From contig JAUCBJ010000607.1 in the NCBI GenBank assembly GCA_032718475.1, forward strand, positions 1-64,000: a stretch of DNA of 64,000 nt, in the 5' to 3' direction. Shown piece by piece: positions 23,701-36,606 of the stretch (position 1 is its first letter; each line of letters opens with the position of its first letter). The position numbers were made by a program, and so were the translations under genes. The notes under the pieces are model-generated. The model made no database searches, was not told the DNA's origin, and was given only the letters and a program-made list of their open reading frames with translations. Origin of the DNA: Nemertoderma westbladi (taxonomy: Eukaryota > Animalia > Xenacoelomorpha).

Positions 23701-26614
23701 AGTAGAACTGGAGTCATTCACTATTGAGTTAATAGTTCAGTGTAAGTAACAATAAACTACTGTAAATATTACCCTCCATCACTGTTAGTAGAACAGGAGT
23801 CATTCACTATTGAGTTAATAGTTCAGTGTAAGTAACAATAAACTACTGTAAATATTACCCTCCATCACTGTTAGTAGAACAGGAGTCATTCACTATTGAG
23901 TTAATAGTTCAGTGTAAGTAACAATAAACTACTGTAAATATTACCCTCCATCACTGTTAGTAGAACAGGAGTCATTCACTATTGAGTTAATAGTTCAGTG
24001 TAAGTAACAATAAACTACTGTAAATATTACCCTCCATCACTGTTAGTAGAACAGGAGTCATTCACTATTGAGTTAATAGTTCAGTGTAAGTAACAATAAA
24101 CTACTGTAAATATTACCCTCCATCACTGTTAGTAGAACAGGAGTCATTCACTATTGAGTTAATAGTTCAGTGTAAGTAACAATAAACTACTGTAAATATT
24201 ACCCTCCATCACTGTTAGTAGAACAGGAGTCATTCACTATTGAGTTAATAGTTCAGTGTAAGTAACAATAAACTACTGTAAATATTACCCTCCATCACTG
24301 TTAGTAGAACAGGAGTCATTCACTATTGAGTTAATAGTTCAGTGTAAGTAACAATAAACTACTGTAAATATTACCCTCCATCACTGTTAGTAGAACAGGA
24401 GTCATTCACTATTGAGTTAATAGTTCAGTGTAAGTAACAATAAACTACTGTAAATATTACCCTCCATCACTGTTAGTAGAACAGGAGTCATTCACTATTG
24501 AGTTAATAGTTCAGTGTAAGTAACAATAAACTACTGTAAATATTACCCTCCATCACTGTTAGTAGAACAGGAGTCATTCACTATTGAGTTAATAGTTCAG
24601 TGTAAGTAACAATAAACTACTGTAAATATTACCCTCCATCACTGTTAGTAGAACAGGAGTCATTCACTATTGAGTTAATAGTTCAGTGTAAGTAACAATA
24701 AACTACTGTAAATATTACCCTCCATCACTGTTAGTAGAACAGGAGTCATTCACTATTGAGTTAATAGTTCAGTGTAAGTAACAATAAACTACTGTAAATA
24801 TTACCCTCCATCACTGTTAGTAGAACAGGAGTCATTCACTATTGAGTTAATAGTTCAGTGTAAGTAACAATAAACTACTGTAAATATTACCCTCCATCAC
24901 TGTTAGTAGAACAGGAGTCATTCACTATTGAGTTAATAGTTCAGTGTAAGTAACAATAAACTACTGTAAATATTACCCTCCATCACTGTTAGTAGAACAG
25001 GAGTCATTCACTATTGAGTTAATAGTTCAGTGTAAGTAACAATAAACTACTGTAAATATTACCCTCCATCACTGTTAGTAGAACAGGAGTCATTCACTAT
25101 TGAGTTAATAGTTCAGTGTAAGTAACAATAAACTACTGTAAATATTACCCTCCATCACTGTTAGTAGAACAGGAGTCATTCACTATTGAGTTAATAGTTC
25201 AGTGTAAGTAACAATAAACTACTGTAAATATTACCCTCCATCACTGTTAGTAGAACAGGAGTCATTCACTATTGAGTTAATAGTTCAGTGTAAGTAACAA
25301 TAAACTACTGTAAATATTACCCTCCATCACTGTTAGTAGAACAGGAGTCATTCACTATTGAGTTAATAGTTCAGTGTAAGTAACAATAAACTACTGTAAA
25401 TATTACCCTCCATCACTGTTAGTAGAACAGGAGTCATTCACTATTGAGTTAATAGTTCAGTGTAAGTAACAATAAACTACTGTAAATATTACCCTCCATC
25501 ACTGTTAGTAGAACAGGAGTCATTCACTATTGAGTTAATAGTTCAGTGTAAGTAACAATAAACTACTGTAAATATTACCCTCCATCACTGTTAGTAGAAC
25601 AGGAGTCATTCACTATTGAGTTAATAGTTCAGTGTAAGTAACAATAAACTACTGTAAATATTACCCTCCATCACTGTTAGTAGAACAGGAGTCATTCACT
25701 ATTGAGTTAATAGTTCAGTGTAAGTAACAATAAACTACTGTAAATATTACCCTCCATCACTGTTAGTAGAACAGGAGTCATTCACTATTGAGTTAATAGT
25801 TCAGTGTAAGTAACAATAAACTACTGTAAATATTACCCTCCATCACTGTTAGTAGAACAGGAGTCATTCACTATTGAGTTAATAGTTCAGTGTAAGTAAC
25901 AATAAACTACTGTAAATATTACCCTCCATCACTGTTAGTAGAACAGGAGTCATTCACTATTGAGTTAATAGTTCAGTGTAAGTAACAATAAACTACTGTA
26001 AATATTACCCTCCATCACTGTTAGTAGAACAGGAGTCATTCACTATTGAGTTAATAGTTCAGTGTAAGTAACAATAAACTACTGTAAATATTACCCTCCA
26101 TCACTGTTAGTAGAACAGGAGTCATTCACTATTGAGTTAATAGTTCAGTGTAAGTAACAATAAACTACTGTAAATATTACCCTCCATCACTGTTAGTAGA
26201 ACAGGAGTCATTCACTATTGAGTTAATAGTTCAGTGTAAGTAACAATAAACTACTGTAAATATTACCCTCCATCACTGTTAGTAGAACAGGAGTCATTCA
26301 CTATTGAGTTAATAGTTCAGTGTAAGTAACAATAAACTACTGTAAATATTACCCTCCATCACTGTTAGTAGAACAGGAGTCATTCACTATTGAGTTAATA
26401 GTTCCAGTGTAAGTAACAATAAACTACTGTAAATATTACCCTCCATCACTGTTAGTAGAACAGGAGTCATTCACTATTGAGTTAATAGTTCAGTGTAAGT
26501 AACAATAAACTACTGTAAGTATTACCCTCCATCGCTGTTAGTAGAACAGGAGTCATTCACTATTGAGTTAATAGTTCAGTGTAAGTAACAATAAACTACT
26601 GTAAATATTACCCT
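17785..26614 (+). repeat. 86-bp exon/intron-junction satellite, right part (~103 units)
   Basis: Exact 86-bp periodicity (e.g. aatattaccc at 20401 and 20487); CAG/CTG variants in blocks, plus a few indel and GT>AT variants. Confidence 0.97.
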
Positions 26615-27181
26615 AATGTATTATAAGTCCATGTCGACTCTTCCACACAATATTTTGACAATTTTAATTTTTTTATTTAATTTTCAATTTTCATTGAGGG
26701 TATTTTCGTAAGTTACCCAAACCCCGTCTCGTTTTGTTAAAACTTAATGTTTTGTGAAACTTTATGCGACGGTGATCTGAACTAAACAACTCTGACCATC
26801 TACATGGATTCAATACATTGTTCGCATGTTGTTCCATGTTGAAAATAAACAAATGAACTTCCAGTCATTAATTATAATATTTTAATTATGAATCATATTA
26901 ATGATATAACGTACATCAATACGACCAGTAACGCAGTAACTGTTCCAGAATCTATAATAATAAGGTAATTGTTGTGGGGCGAGTGACGCGGTGAATCAAA
27001 TATACAATGTATTATATTATCATATTGTCCCATTTACATTGTATATTCCAGAATCTGGCTACTTTAAGATTTTGCTGCTTGATTGCAACATGATCAATGT
27101 CTAGATAAAATATCGAAGCTCGCAATGTTATAATTTACCATTTCCTTATTCAGTCGTGTTTGGCCTATTGATAACTTCGGA

Positions 27182-27609
27182 TTGACCGGATTAGCACTGA
27201 TGGCAATCCATTCAGAAAAAGTTGTTGATGTTAGTTCGGTGATTGAGAAATTCTCAGTGAAGAATCGCAGAATAATGCTTGTTTAACTCAGTGACACATG
27301 TCATTCATTCTGTTATTATTGATATAATAATATAATATATGAGACAATATAATAATATATAATTCATTTATTAACATATTTTTTTGTTCAGGAATAATGT
27401 TATACTTTCGTTTGTTTAATTATTTCAGATTTTTCCAACCCCAGTTTGGCCCAAAAATAAATACTATATTACCGGTATATACTTTCGGTTGGAAGTTCAT
27501 TTGTTTGTAAAGGCGTCCTTCAGTTCGTTTAACCCATTTTTTATATTCAGTTTAATTTTCAATGGTTTACTAAAATTTTCGCCTGTCACCAATGATTGAA
27601 ATGGCCAAG

Positions 27610-27641
<32 letters not shown>

Positions 27642-27658
27642 TCCCGGATCCGCCACTG
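27182..27658 (+). mobile_element. 3' end of a hAT transposon (transposase C-terminus and terminal repeat)
   Basis: 27182-27286 translates LTGLALMAIHSEKVVDVSSVIEKFSVKNRRIMLV*, typical of the hAT/P52rIPK-ZMYM1-type dimerisation tail; ends in GGATCCGCCACTG (reverse complement CAGTGGCGGATCC). Confidence 0.7.
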
Positions 27659-27771
27659 CCTTCCCGTCTCTGATTCCAAGGTTCCACCTTGGTGTCATTG
27701 TTTGGTTGCATTGAATTCACATTTCCCACATAATAAATATAATTACAATACAAACACATTTTTTTCTTTAG

Positions 27772-28398
27772 ACAAACCATATTGGATTCACAATGACACA
27801 ACAGAGCGAACTGTTATAGGAGTTCTTGGGAAGGAGGTTAACCTAACATGTACAATGGAAAGTTATCCAGCTGTTATTGAATCGAGTGTCTATTGGCTTA
27901 GTGGAGTTGACGTAAATAAGAAGCTGCCCGATGGTGATAAATACAGAACATCAGTTGTAGTGGAGAACTCTGAGTATAAAAGTACAGCTGTTTTAAGGCT
28001 AACTATATATAATGTAACGAGAGATGATCTTAATCCAACCTACTTTGGGATGGTTGGAAATGGTATCCCTAGCAGTAATACTGAGGTTGAATGTGACATT
28101 AAGTTGGAACCTATAGGACCTCCACATATACCGACTGGAGTTAAAGTAGAAGCAGTTGATAATTCCAGAGTTATAGTTAGTTGGACACCAGGATTCAATG
28201 GTGGATCTAATCAATGGTTTAGAGTTGAGTACAACAACAGTAACGTAAATATTGATTCTAAAACAACAGGAAATACAACTGATTCAACCATAATCATCTA
28301 CGAATTACCCAATGAACGTCATTATTTCTCTGTGGTGGCCTGTAATAAGATCGGTTGTCAGGATCCAACTCCTGTAATAGAAGGTGAACCAGCATCAG
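27772..28398 (+). CDS. Receptor exon 3a: Ig-like domain + fibronectin type III domain
   Basis: Acceptor ttcttTAG|AC, donor G|GTATGT, phase 1-1; VNLTCTMESYP..YW..LTIYNV; FN3 GPPHIPTGV..VSWTPGFNGGSNQWFRVEY..YFSVVACNKIG. Confidence 0.88.
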
Positions 28399-29389
28399 GT
28401 ATGTTAACTTTTATACAATCTTGGGTTGAATAAAGTATATATTTTTTTTTTACATAATAATAAAAAACATACATTATTTTATTTGCTTGATATTGGTCTA
28501 TCAAAAATGTACTTTTTTCAACTCTAAATTATATTCAAGAGACCGGATCATGCTGAACATGGTTGCTTAAATTATTATTATTATTAATTTTAATCCAGAT
28601 AATGTACGTAAGACAATGTGTATTTTTATTTTCTATATTTCATATTTCCTTTCCGTATCTACGTAGCTACATTCGTTTGATCTTATTTCTTTGGAATAGT
28701 CTACCCAGAGAAATTATAATTGTTAAATCTAAACACATTTTTAAAAATCTTTTAAAATCCTACCTTACCGACAATATGATCTAAATCTTCCAAATTAAAA
28801 AAAGTAATGTTTAACAAAAATATCAGTGAAAATATCAGCCTCGTAGTTTACGCACAGGAAGTATGGAATCTAAAATTAAAAATAAAATGATAAACCCTGA
28901 GTATTTGATACTGATTATCTAATATTTTATATTTGTAACCCTCTTCCCCACCCCCCCCCCCCCCCCCCCAAAGTTAGGATGGTGGCCGAGACTAGCTATG
29001 CTATTGCCGCCAACCAAAAAACCTGCCCGTACCCAATATCGTTACATATTAATATTTGCTATTTGAATTATGTATATTTGGTGTGCGGTTAACTTATTGT
29101 ACTAAAGCAAAGCGAGTAATATACAACTTGATTATTGATTATTATTATTGATCGTATGCACGAGTAATAATAATAATAATATAGTAAAATAATACACAAT
29201 ACATATTATCCATATTCTAACTACGTTCTAAAATTAACCTTAGTGTATATTATAATGAATTATAAAGTATAATATAATAAAATAGTCTCACAGAGGTGCA
29301 ATACTATGTAAAATACCTACCTGGGGTAACATACCTGGTGTAATACCTACTACTATATTTTTTTATAACATCAATATAATTTTCTGACC

Positions 29390-29466
29390 CTGAGGGCCCG
29401 GGGGGCCCAGATCGTCAAGGGGGCCCGGGAATTTTCCCGAATAGATGTATGGCCACTACGCCACTG
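29390..29466. mobile_element. Possible isolated hAT-like terminus
   Basis: GGGCCC subterminal motifs ending in CTACGCCACTG (reverse complement CAGTGGCGTAG); partner end not found. Confidence 0.3.
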
Positions 29467-29861
29467 CTTATTAGTCACTAGTAGTGCCTGCCTTGCCTAT
29501 GTCCTATAAATGTAATTACGACGAGACGAATCGACGAGACTAGCAGTTGAAACTGGTAGATGGAGGAAAATCCCGGCCGACTCAAGAGTATGTAAATGTG
29601 GGAGGAGTATCCAAACCATGCTACATATTATAACTCAATGCCCACTGGTTACCAGATACCCAGAACTGCAATATTCATCAGTACGATCGTTCGCTGAGTC
29701 TCTGAATAGAGAATTATTAATGCGGGCGGTATTCGAGATATTGCAAATATTGGACGTCCGGGAATAGAATTTGTTTATTCTAATATTGTTACTTTATTTT
29801 GATTATTCTGATTCGAGTATATTGAATTATTATCGATTTTATCAAATTTTCCTGGAATATG

Positions 29862-30250
29862 TAATAATTTGTAAGTGCTATTATGTAATGAATAATTTGG
29901 AAGTGCTGTGCTATTATGTAATGAATAATTTGGAAGTGCTGTGCTATTATGTAATGAATAATTTGGAAGTGCTGTGCTATTATGTAATGAATAATTTGGA
30001 AGTGCTGTTATGTAATGAATAATTTGGAAGTGCTGTGCTATTATGTAATGAATAAATTGGAAGTGCTGCGCTATTATGTAATGAATAATTTGGAAGTGCT
30101 GTGCTATTATGTAATGAATAATTTGGAAGTGCTGTGCTATTATGTAATGAATAATTTGGAAGTGCTGTTATGTAATGAATAATTTGGAAGTGCTGTTATG
30201 TAATGGATAATTTGTAAGTGCTATTACGTAATGAATTTGTAAGTGCTATT
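29862..30250. repeat. 33-bp minisatellite CTATTATGTAATGAATAATTTGGAAGTGCTGTG (with 28-bp variants)
   Basis: Directly visible, ~11 copies. Confidence 0.9.
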
Positions 30251-30970
30251 ATTGTGAATGTTTGTAAATTTGTCGTTATTTTAATATTTGATGAGTATAG
30301 TTTCAAACGTGTAAGAATTTAATTAAGTAGTAGTTCGAGTGTATACAGTATCGTGCAGTCAAATTTAGTTGGACAAATATTTCTCTTTTCTTTGGTTATT
30401 TAATTTGTGGTCTGTTACGCGTTAAATTCCGAATCATTTGTCAATAAAATTATTATATTATTATTACACGTAGCCAAGTAGTGATGAGTTGATTGTAATT
30501 AGTATTAATGTAATTAGTGTAAGTATTTGATTCCAATTATTGTACACTCCAATTCCTGATGCTGCCTTACTCAATGTTAAATAATTTAGTGTTCTAGAAT
30601 ATTTATTACGTAACTAGAGAGCCGCTTAACAACATAAACCAATATTGAATATTGCGTTCCGTTTTAGGGTTCGTCTTGCAGACACTAAAGCCGCAATAGC
30701 TTTTCAGTGTCTGCATGGATTTTGCTCAAATTACTTGCAAACCTTTTCTACTTTGATGCTCTTTAATATAGAAAATTAACAATAATTAACCACCATTGCA
30801 CCAAAAATATATTATTTTATTTTACTTCGCCGGTAAAAAGTAAAATCAATGCAATCATATGGCTTTCTTTTTTCCCTATGGAAAAAAGTAGTAATTTTTT
30901 TCTCGATTTTGGGTACATTCGAGCGAAAAAGTAACAATTCAAGAATAAAATTGTTTTTCTATTTTCTTAG

Positions 30971-31600
30971 ACAAACCCATTTGGATTCACAAAGACACAG
31001 AGCGAACTGTTATAGGAGATGTTGGGAATGTCGTTACTCTAACATGTACAATGGAAAGTTATTCAGCTGTTAGTGAATCGAGTGTTTATTGGGTTAGTGA
31101 AGTTGACGTAAATAAGAAGCTGCCCGATGGTGATAAATATAGAACATCAGCTGAAGTGGAGAACTCTGAGTATAAAAGTACAGCTGTTTTAAGGCTAACT
31201 ATATATAATGTAACGAGAGATGATCTTAATTTAACCTACTTTGGGAGGGTTGGAAATGGTATCCCTAGCAGTAATACTGAGGTTGAATGTGTCGTTAAGT
31301 TGGAACCTATAGGACCTCCACATATGCCGACTGGAGTTAAAGTAGAAGCAGTTGATAATTCCAGAGTTATAGTTAGTTGGACTCCAGGATTCAATGGTGG
31401 ATCTAATCAATGGTTTAGAGTTGAGTATAACAAGAGTAACGGAAATATTGTTACTATAACAACAGGAAATACAACTGATTCAACCATAATCATCTACGAA
31501 TTACCCAATGAACGGCATTACTTCTCGGTGGTGGCCTGTAATAAGTTCGGTTGCCGCGATCCAACTATTCCAGTTGTTGGAGAACCATTTCGTTTATATG
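30971..31600 (+). CDS. Receptor exon 3b: duplicate Ig-like + FN3 exon
   Basis: Acceptor ttctTAG|AC at 30970/30971; open frame KPIWIHKDTERTVIGDVGNVVTLTCTMES..; donor G|GTGAGA at 31601; phase 1-1; close paralogue of exon 3a. Confidence 0.85.
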
Positions 31601-31779
31601 GTGAGAAAATTTTTTTTATTAATTTATATACACTATAGAACAACTGCATTGTATTAATTTAGAGTCAGAATTTTAATTTCTGCCTTCTAAAGTTTGTGTA
31701 TTCGTGTTGATATATATCTGACTGAATCGATTGAGCACTGCAACCTAAATAAGCCTATGTTTGATTCTTGTACTTTGAG

Positions 31780-32160
31780 AGAGATCTCAAAAAAGTTATC
31801 AACTGTCCACCATGCTTATTCTCTTCAAAATGCAGAGATAACGCAAAGGCATGTTCTCCACCGGATGGTTATCAAGGCAAAAGCAATGTCCTGTAAAGCG
31901 GAGGCGGTTCTATATTAGTTTCAAGTTTGGTGGACTATTGAGACACCGTCGATGCTGTATGGGGCTGGCTGGATATTTGTCCATTGTACTTGACTCAATG
32001 AACGCGGCTTAGCATTATTTTATAAGTCCAGATATTTAATGACCTTTAGAGTCCATTTGGCCATTCATTTAGGACTACTGGTTCTACTGCTTCTCTAAAT
32101 AATCGATCCTTGAGTTTTATATTTAATCTATGGGAAATCCTGGACATTGACTGGACAGCC
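31780..32160 (-). mobile_element. Old RTE-type LINE 3' fragment
   Basis: Similar to 52570-52920 (ctgtccaccatgcttatt, aaagcaatgtcctg.aaagcggaggcg, ctctaaataatcg); minus strand reads RLRFTGHC, RLFREAVEPV. Confidence 0.65.
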
Positions 32161-32401
32161 CACACAATGCTGCCTAGTTCATGCATTCCCCTTAGGTAGG
32201 TCCTATCCGTAGGAATTCCGGATCCACGATCCTTTACATCAGATGACACCCAAATACTCAAGAACACCATCCTAGCAGGTTATGCTCAAACGATCAGAAG
32301 GTCGCATTGTTTTTATATCTAATATTATATTTATATCTATTTTATGTCTATTATTGTTTTTTATGGGTTGCTCCTTTAGAGCCTGGATTAAATAAGGTAA
32401 A

Positions 32402-34437
32402 TGTTAAACAGGGGCGATCAGGAGCGCGTTATTACTGCCGCACTGCTGCTAAACACAAAACTGCTACTCACCGCTGGATGGCGCTAACCTGGCCGTCCGC
32501 TAATATATTTTACTAATTTTATACGGCTCCTGCAAATCGCTTGTTCCTTTCCTGTTGATCGCTCAACAGAGAGCTAACTGTTCGAATCTATGAGCCACGC
32601 GGGAATAACCAAAACAATAAACCCCAATCGGCTCCCTAAGCTACTTAAAACGAGTGCGGGTGACCTAGCACTCGGAGTTCACTTATCGCAAATACTGGAA
32701 TTCACTGGCAGAACACATTGAATGTGAGAATGTTTTAATATTAAGGGGGATAGATCTGTTACTTTCCTAGGTGCTGAAACTTGGCCTTTGGCTGGTTTTA
32801 GACCAGCAAACTTACTACTGCTGTACTGTATACTGGACACTGCTCTCAGTCCGTTGCCCCGCTATTTTCAAATAACCGCCTAGCATGAATAGTCTACAGT
32901 ATTCTAAAACAATTACTTAAACTACTCTCCGCTATGCTGCGTACAAATTCTTATTTTATTTTATCGCTAAATTAATTACAGTCATAAATACAAATTCGCG
33001 TACTAATTACTAGATATTCCAGAATACGTACTTCTAATTTATTACGTACAGGGGCTTATACTAGCAACAGTCTAAATGCGGTATTAATTTGTCCTAATTA
33101 AAAAAGTAAAAAAATTAACAATTAATAATTAATAATTAGCAATTAATAAGCATAAACTAAGAAATGGAAATCAATCAAGGGAAACAGCGCCTATCTAAGC
33201 ATTCACATTTAAGAATCAGGCACTCTTTAGCAACACAACACAAATAGCGTAGCACTAAGTTAGTAGTACGGCAGTACGGCAGATAGCGCTAACTACACCA
33301 ATCAGCTAGTGCACTAAATACCCGTACATTAGTACATCAGTATACCAGTATTAGTCATCCAATCAATCAGTCAGTCAGTCAGTGTAAGAACCACAGGTCA
33401 CCCAAAGCCATACATGGGACTCCTAACTAAACCCAAATTCTGCCCCCCTAAAACTACAAAGTAGAGACGGAAATCTGGATCGTCAGCCCCCTAATACTGT
33501 AACAGCGGCTGGTCCCCGGTCCTCAACTGACTAGCTCCGACCGCAACGGTGGCCCCCGCCAGCGTCGCCCCGCTTTGGATCCTCTGCACTCCCTTCCGTC
33601 GCTTCCCCCCAGTGCGCCCGCATACCGGTACCTTAGCCCTCCATTAGAATGAATAGCTACCGTAGCGGCGCATGCAATCACAAACAGTCTGACGGTCTAA
33701 AGAAATCCCGTGGGATTATCACATCTTAAATCACATAGGAATTAATAATCAAAAGTAGAAATCATAATTCAAAGTTGTAATTTTCAGTAATTGATTGAGA
33801 AATACAGAAAGATAGGCGAAAGATTAACAATTAACAGAAACCAGAAACAAACTACAATACTGCCACTGGTACTGCTGTAACAACTGAGATATTAAGAGAA
33901 CTAGATAACTAGAGATTAAGATGCACATACCGGAAATACAGCTCATTGGTTCCCCAATCCGCCCCACCATCAGACCAACCTGGAACAGCTGGGCCAATAA
34001 GGAAGCCGGATTGTGAACTTCAGGGCTTCCAAATCGCAAATTATTACCATATATGGTAATGGATCATGTCCCTGGCTGCTGAATGGTTAGGATTGCGTCC
34101 CTGGATGCTGGCCCTATCGAAGCTAATAACGGCAAGCCCATATCCAGGGTCCAACAAGAACTTGCTACCCACCCTGGAACTATCTACTTATATCCTATTA
34201 CAAAATTACGTAGGTAGGGCTACATACTATACAAAATGGATGAGTTCAAAATATATGGGCGTTTCAGTTTCCTTATCTAAATATCACCTCGCTATTATAT
34301 CTTATCTAAAATATTATACTGCATAACGGACCAATATTGCGTACAGTATAACGGACTAATATATTATACTGCATAATGAACCAAAATATTATACTGTATA
34401 ATGGCTAATAATGTGTACAGCGCCATATACCGTAACA
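32402..34437 (-). repeat. Bel/Pao 3' LTR (2036 bp)
   Basis: Direct repeat of 48425-50459; preceded in element sense by a short purine tract GGAGCGG. Confidence 0.95.
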
Positions 34438-34926
34438 CCGCTCCAAGGGAAACCATACAATGTTTCCCTCCAACTGTAGAAGAGTATAAGGTGATGTATA
34501 CAAACAAAATAAATTTCTTTCAAATAATCTAAAATACTTGATACTATAAATTCTACTATTTACAAATATTGCCATAGATATTGCATAATGAATTGCATAC
34601 AAATTAAATTTACCAAATATTATCTCTCACTGTTTAACGATAATTACATCAAATTAAATTTACAAAATATTGTTTCTCGTTCGTACTACATAATGATTAC
34701 TACATACAAGATCAAATATAAAAATTTTGCTAGGGTAGGTGAAAGGAGTAAGCCAAACCCGCAGGTTTGTCTCCCCAATCACCTCCTTCGCCTCTCTTAT
34801 AATATAAATTCAAAACAGCGCAACTAGTGTATATGAGTCTAGTCGAATATTTCTAAATGCTACAATATACATCAGAGCGACGATGATGTATATATCTAGA
34901 GTCTGTCGCCCTGTGCTATAAGTGCA

Positions 34927-36606
34927 TTACTGACCCGCTCCTGGGTTCTTTGGGCTCGCTCCTCTCTTTCGCCCTCTTCCCAGATACACTAAGCGTCCTC
35001 TAGTAGATTCTGTTGACGGCGTCTGTGAGGCATCACTCCCCGGAACCGGCGACGATGTTCCCTGAGCCCCGACAGATTCCCGGCTGGTACTTCTACCTCG
35101 GCCTCGTCCCAATCGAGCTCTTGTGGTCGCTTCCGCCAATTCTTCCTTCTGCAGTTGCACTCTGGCCTTCTCCGACGCTCCCTGCGCCTTGCGCTGCAAC
35201 CGTTGTGCTTCTATAATAGAGTGGTAGTGGTCGTCCTTGACTTGACGCTTGTCTTGGACCTCTCCTCCTGGTTCTTTCCGCGAGCCTTGAGCTCCAGCGG
35301 TCGACGTTGTGGTCGCTGCGATTCTCTGTTCCTGTATCCTCTCAGCGGTCAATGACCCCACTGGTACATGAGTCAACAAGAATTCGTTGCGGTATTGTAT
35401 AGCCGCCATCCTCCAATCCCCTCGTGCGCGTACCACCTTTCTAGTTTCCGAAAACAGACCTTTCGTGATCCGGTCGCAAATAGCAACGAAGTTCCAAGTA
35501 TACTTGTTGTCCATATTCAACTGTCTGAAGTATTCTCGAACTACGATAACTCCAGTGTTTTGTGGAAGGTCTTGAGCGGTCAAGATGAGCTCCTGATATT
35601 GTGGCAAAGACTGTAAATACGGCTCATACGCAACGTGAGATGGGTCTACTGCCCAGAATCCGTATCCCGCCTTGAATGGTAACCAACGCATCTGCGCTTG
35701 GATGTGGTAGTCGGCCACACCCTCCCACTTATCTAGCATCTCCCGAAGTAGGTTAGTGCTGTGGTTTTGGAAGGAATCATCTCGCAACTGACATCTCGCA
35801 CTGCGATGTCCCTTTACCCCACAGTATCCGCATTGAGAAATGAAGACGGTGCACGTGTGAAACGAATGGTCGGTCTCATTACACCAACGGCAGACCTTAT
35901 GCGCCGCTTCTACTACCGCATCGCACGATTTGTGCCTTGTGCTGCCGCACAACTTACACCTACATGCTTGTGGAAACCAGGCCCTCTCGTATATGAGGTC
36001 TCCAATCGGTTTCGCACTTCCTTCTTTCCCAATGTCTAATACGATGTCGTCCTCTCCGGTCAGCGGTTGTCGATCCGGAACAAAGTAAACATCCTCGCCC
36101 TTGTCCTCTATCTCCAATATTTCCTCCCGCGTTCGTTTCGGATATGTCTTCTCCATCGGAAGATCTACTCCGAACACCTCTACTAACGTCTCCGGCCAAC
36201 CCTCCTTAACGGGTCTATCAGCCTCCGAGTGGAAGGGAGTACCAAACCCGCGGGTTTGATTCCCGAACCACTTCTCCAAGGCCTCTGGCGTCGGATACTC
36301 CATCGACGGTCGGTCTTCCAAATCTCCGATGTTCTGTCGATATACTCCTTCAAATATCGCTAATCCTCTCCTAACCACCGACGTATTCTCTAACGATTGA
36401 TTGAAGAACGGGGTTAAGAAACGCTTCATCACGTCGGATTGGATTCCCCCTTTCGAGCGAACGTATTGATCTCCTCCAAATACCAATGGATGACGCTTCA
36501 AAACTCGCGCAACAATATCCGCTAATAAACAAGTCACCGTGTTCGACTCAAGCACCAAATAATATTGTAGCGACGCACGGGGTCGGGTGGCGCGCAAATG
36601 TTCCAA
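34927..36606 (-). CDS. Bel/Pao accessory ORF C: probable end of the exonuclease domain, three CCHC-type zinc knuckles and a basic RG-containing tail
   Basis: CKLCGSTRHKSC, CRWCNETDHSFHTC, CGYCGVKGHRSARC; C-terminal RLGRGRGR and GRGRKRG; overlaps ORF B in the -1 frame. Confidence 0.75.
   Translation of the reverse strand: MEHLRATRPRASLQYYLVLESNTVTCLLADIVARVLKRHPLVFGGDQYVRSKGGIQSDVMKRFLTPFFNQSLENTSVVRRGLAIFEGVYRQNIGDLEDRPSMEYPTPEALEKWFGNQTRGFGTPFHSEADRPVKEGWPETLVEVFGVDLPMEKTYPKRTREEILEIEDKGEDVYFVPDRQPLTGEDDIVLDIGKEGSAKPIGDLIYERAWFPQACRCKLCGSTRHKSCDAVVEAAHKVCRWCNETDHSFHTCTVFISQCGYCGVKGHRSARCQLRDDSFQNHSTNLLREMLDKWEGVADYHIQAQMRWLPFKAGYGFWAVDPSHVAYEPYLQSLPQYQELILTAQDLPQNTGVIVVREYFRQLNMDNKYTWNFVAICDRITKGLFSETRKVVRARGDWRMAAIQYRNEFLLTHVPVGSLTAERIQEQRIAATTTSTAGAQGSRKEPGGEVQDKRQVKDDHYHSIIEAQRLQRKAQGASEKARVQLQKEELAEATTRARLGRGRGRSTSRESVGAQGTSSPVPGSDASQTPSTESTRGRLVYLGRGRKRGASPKNPGAGQ

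Noticed and set aside
11711-26614. 86-bp periodic array as a CRISPR array
   Set aside because: The units are contiguous near-identical copies with no unique spacers, there are no cas genes, and the context is eukaryotic exon/intron sequence
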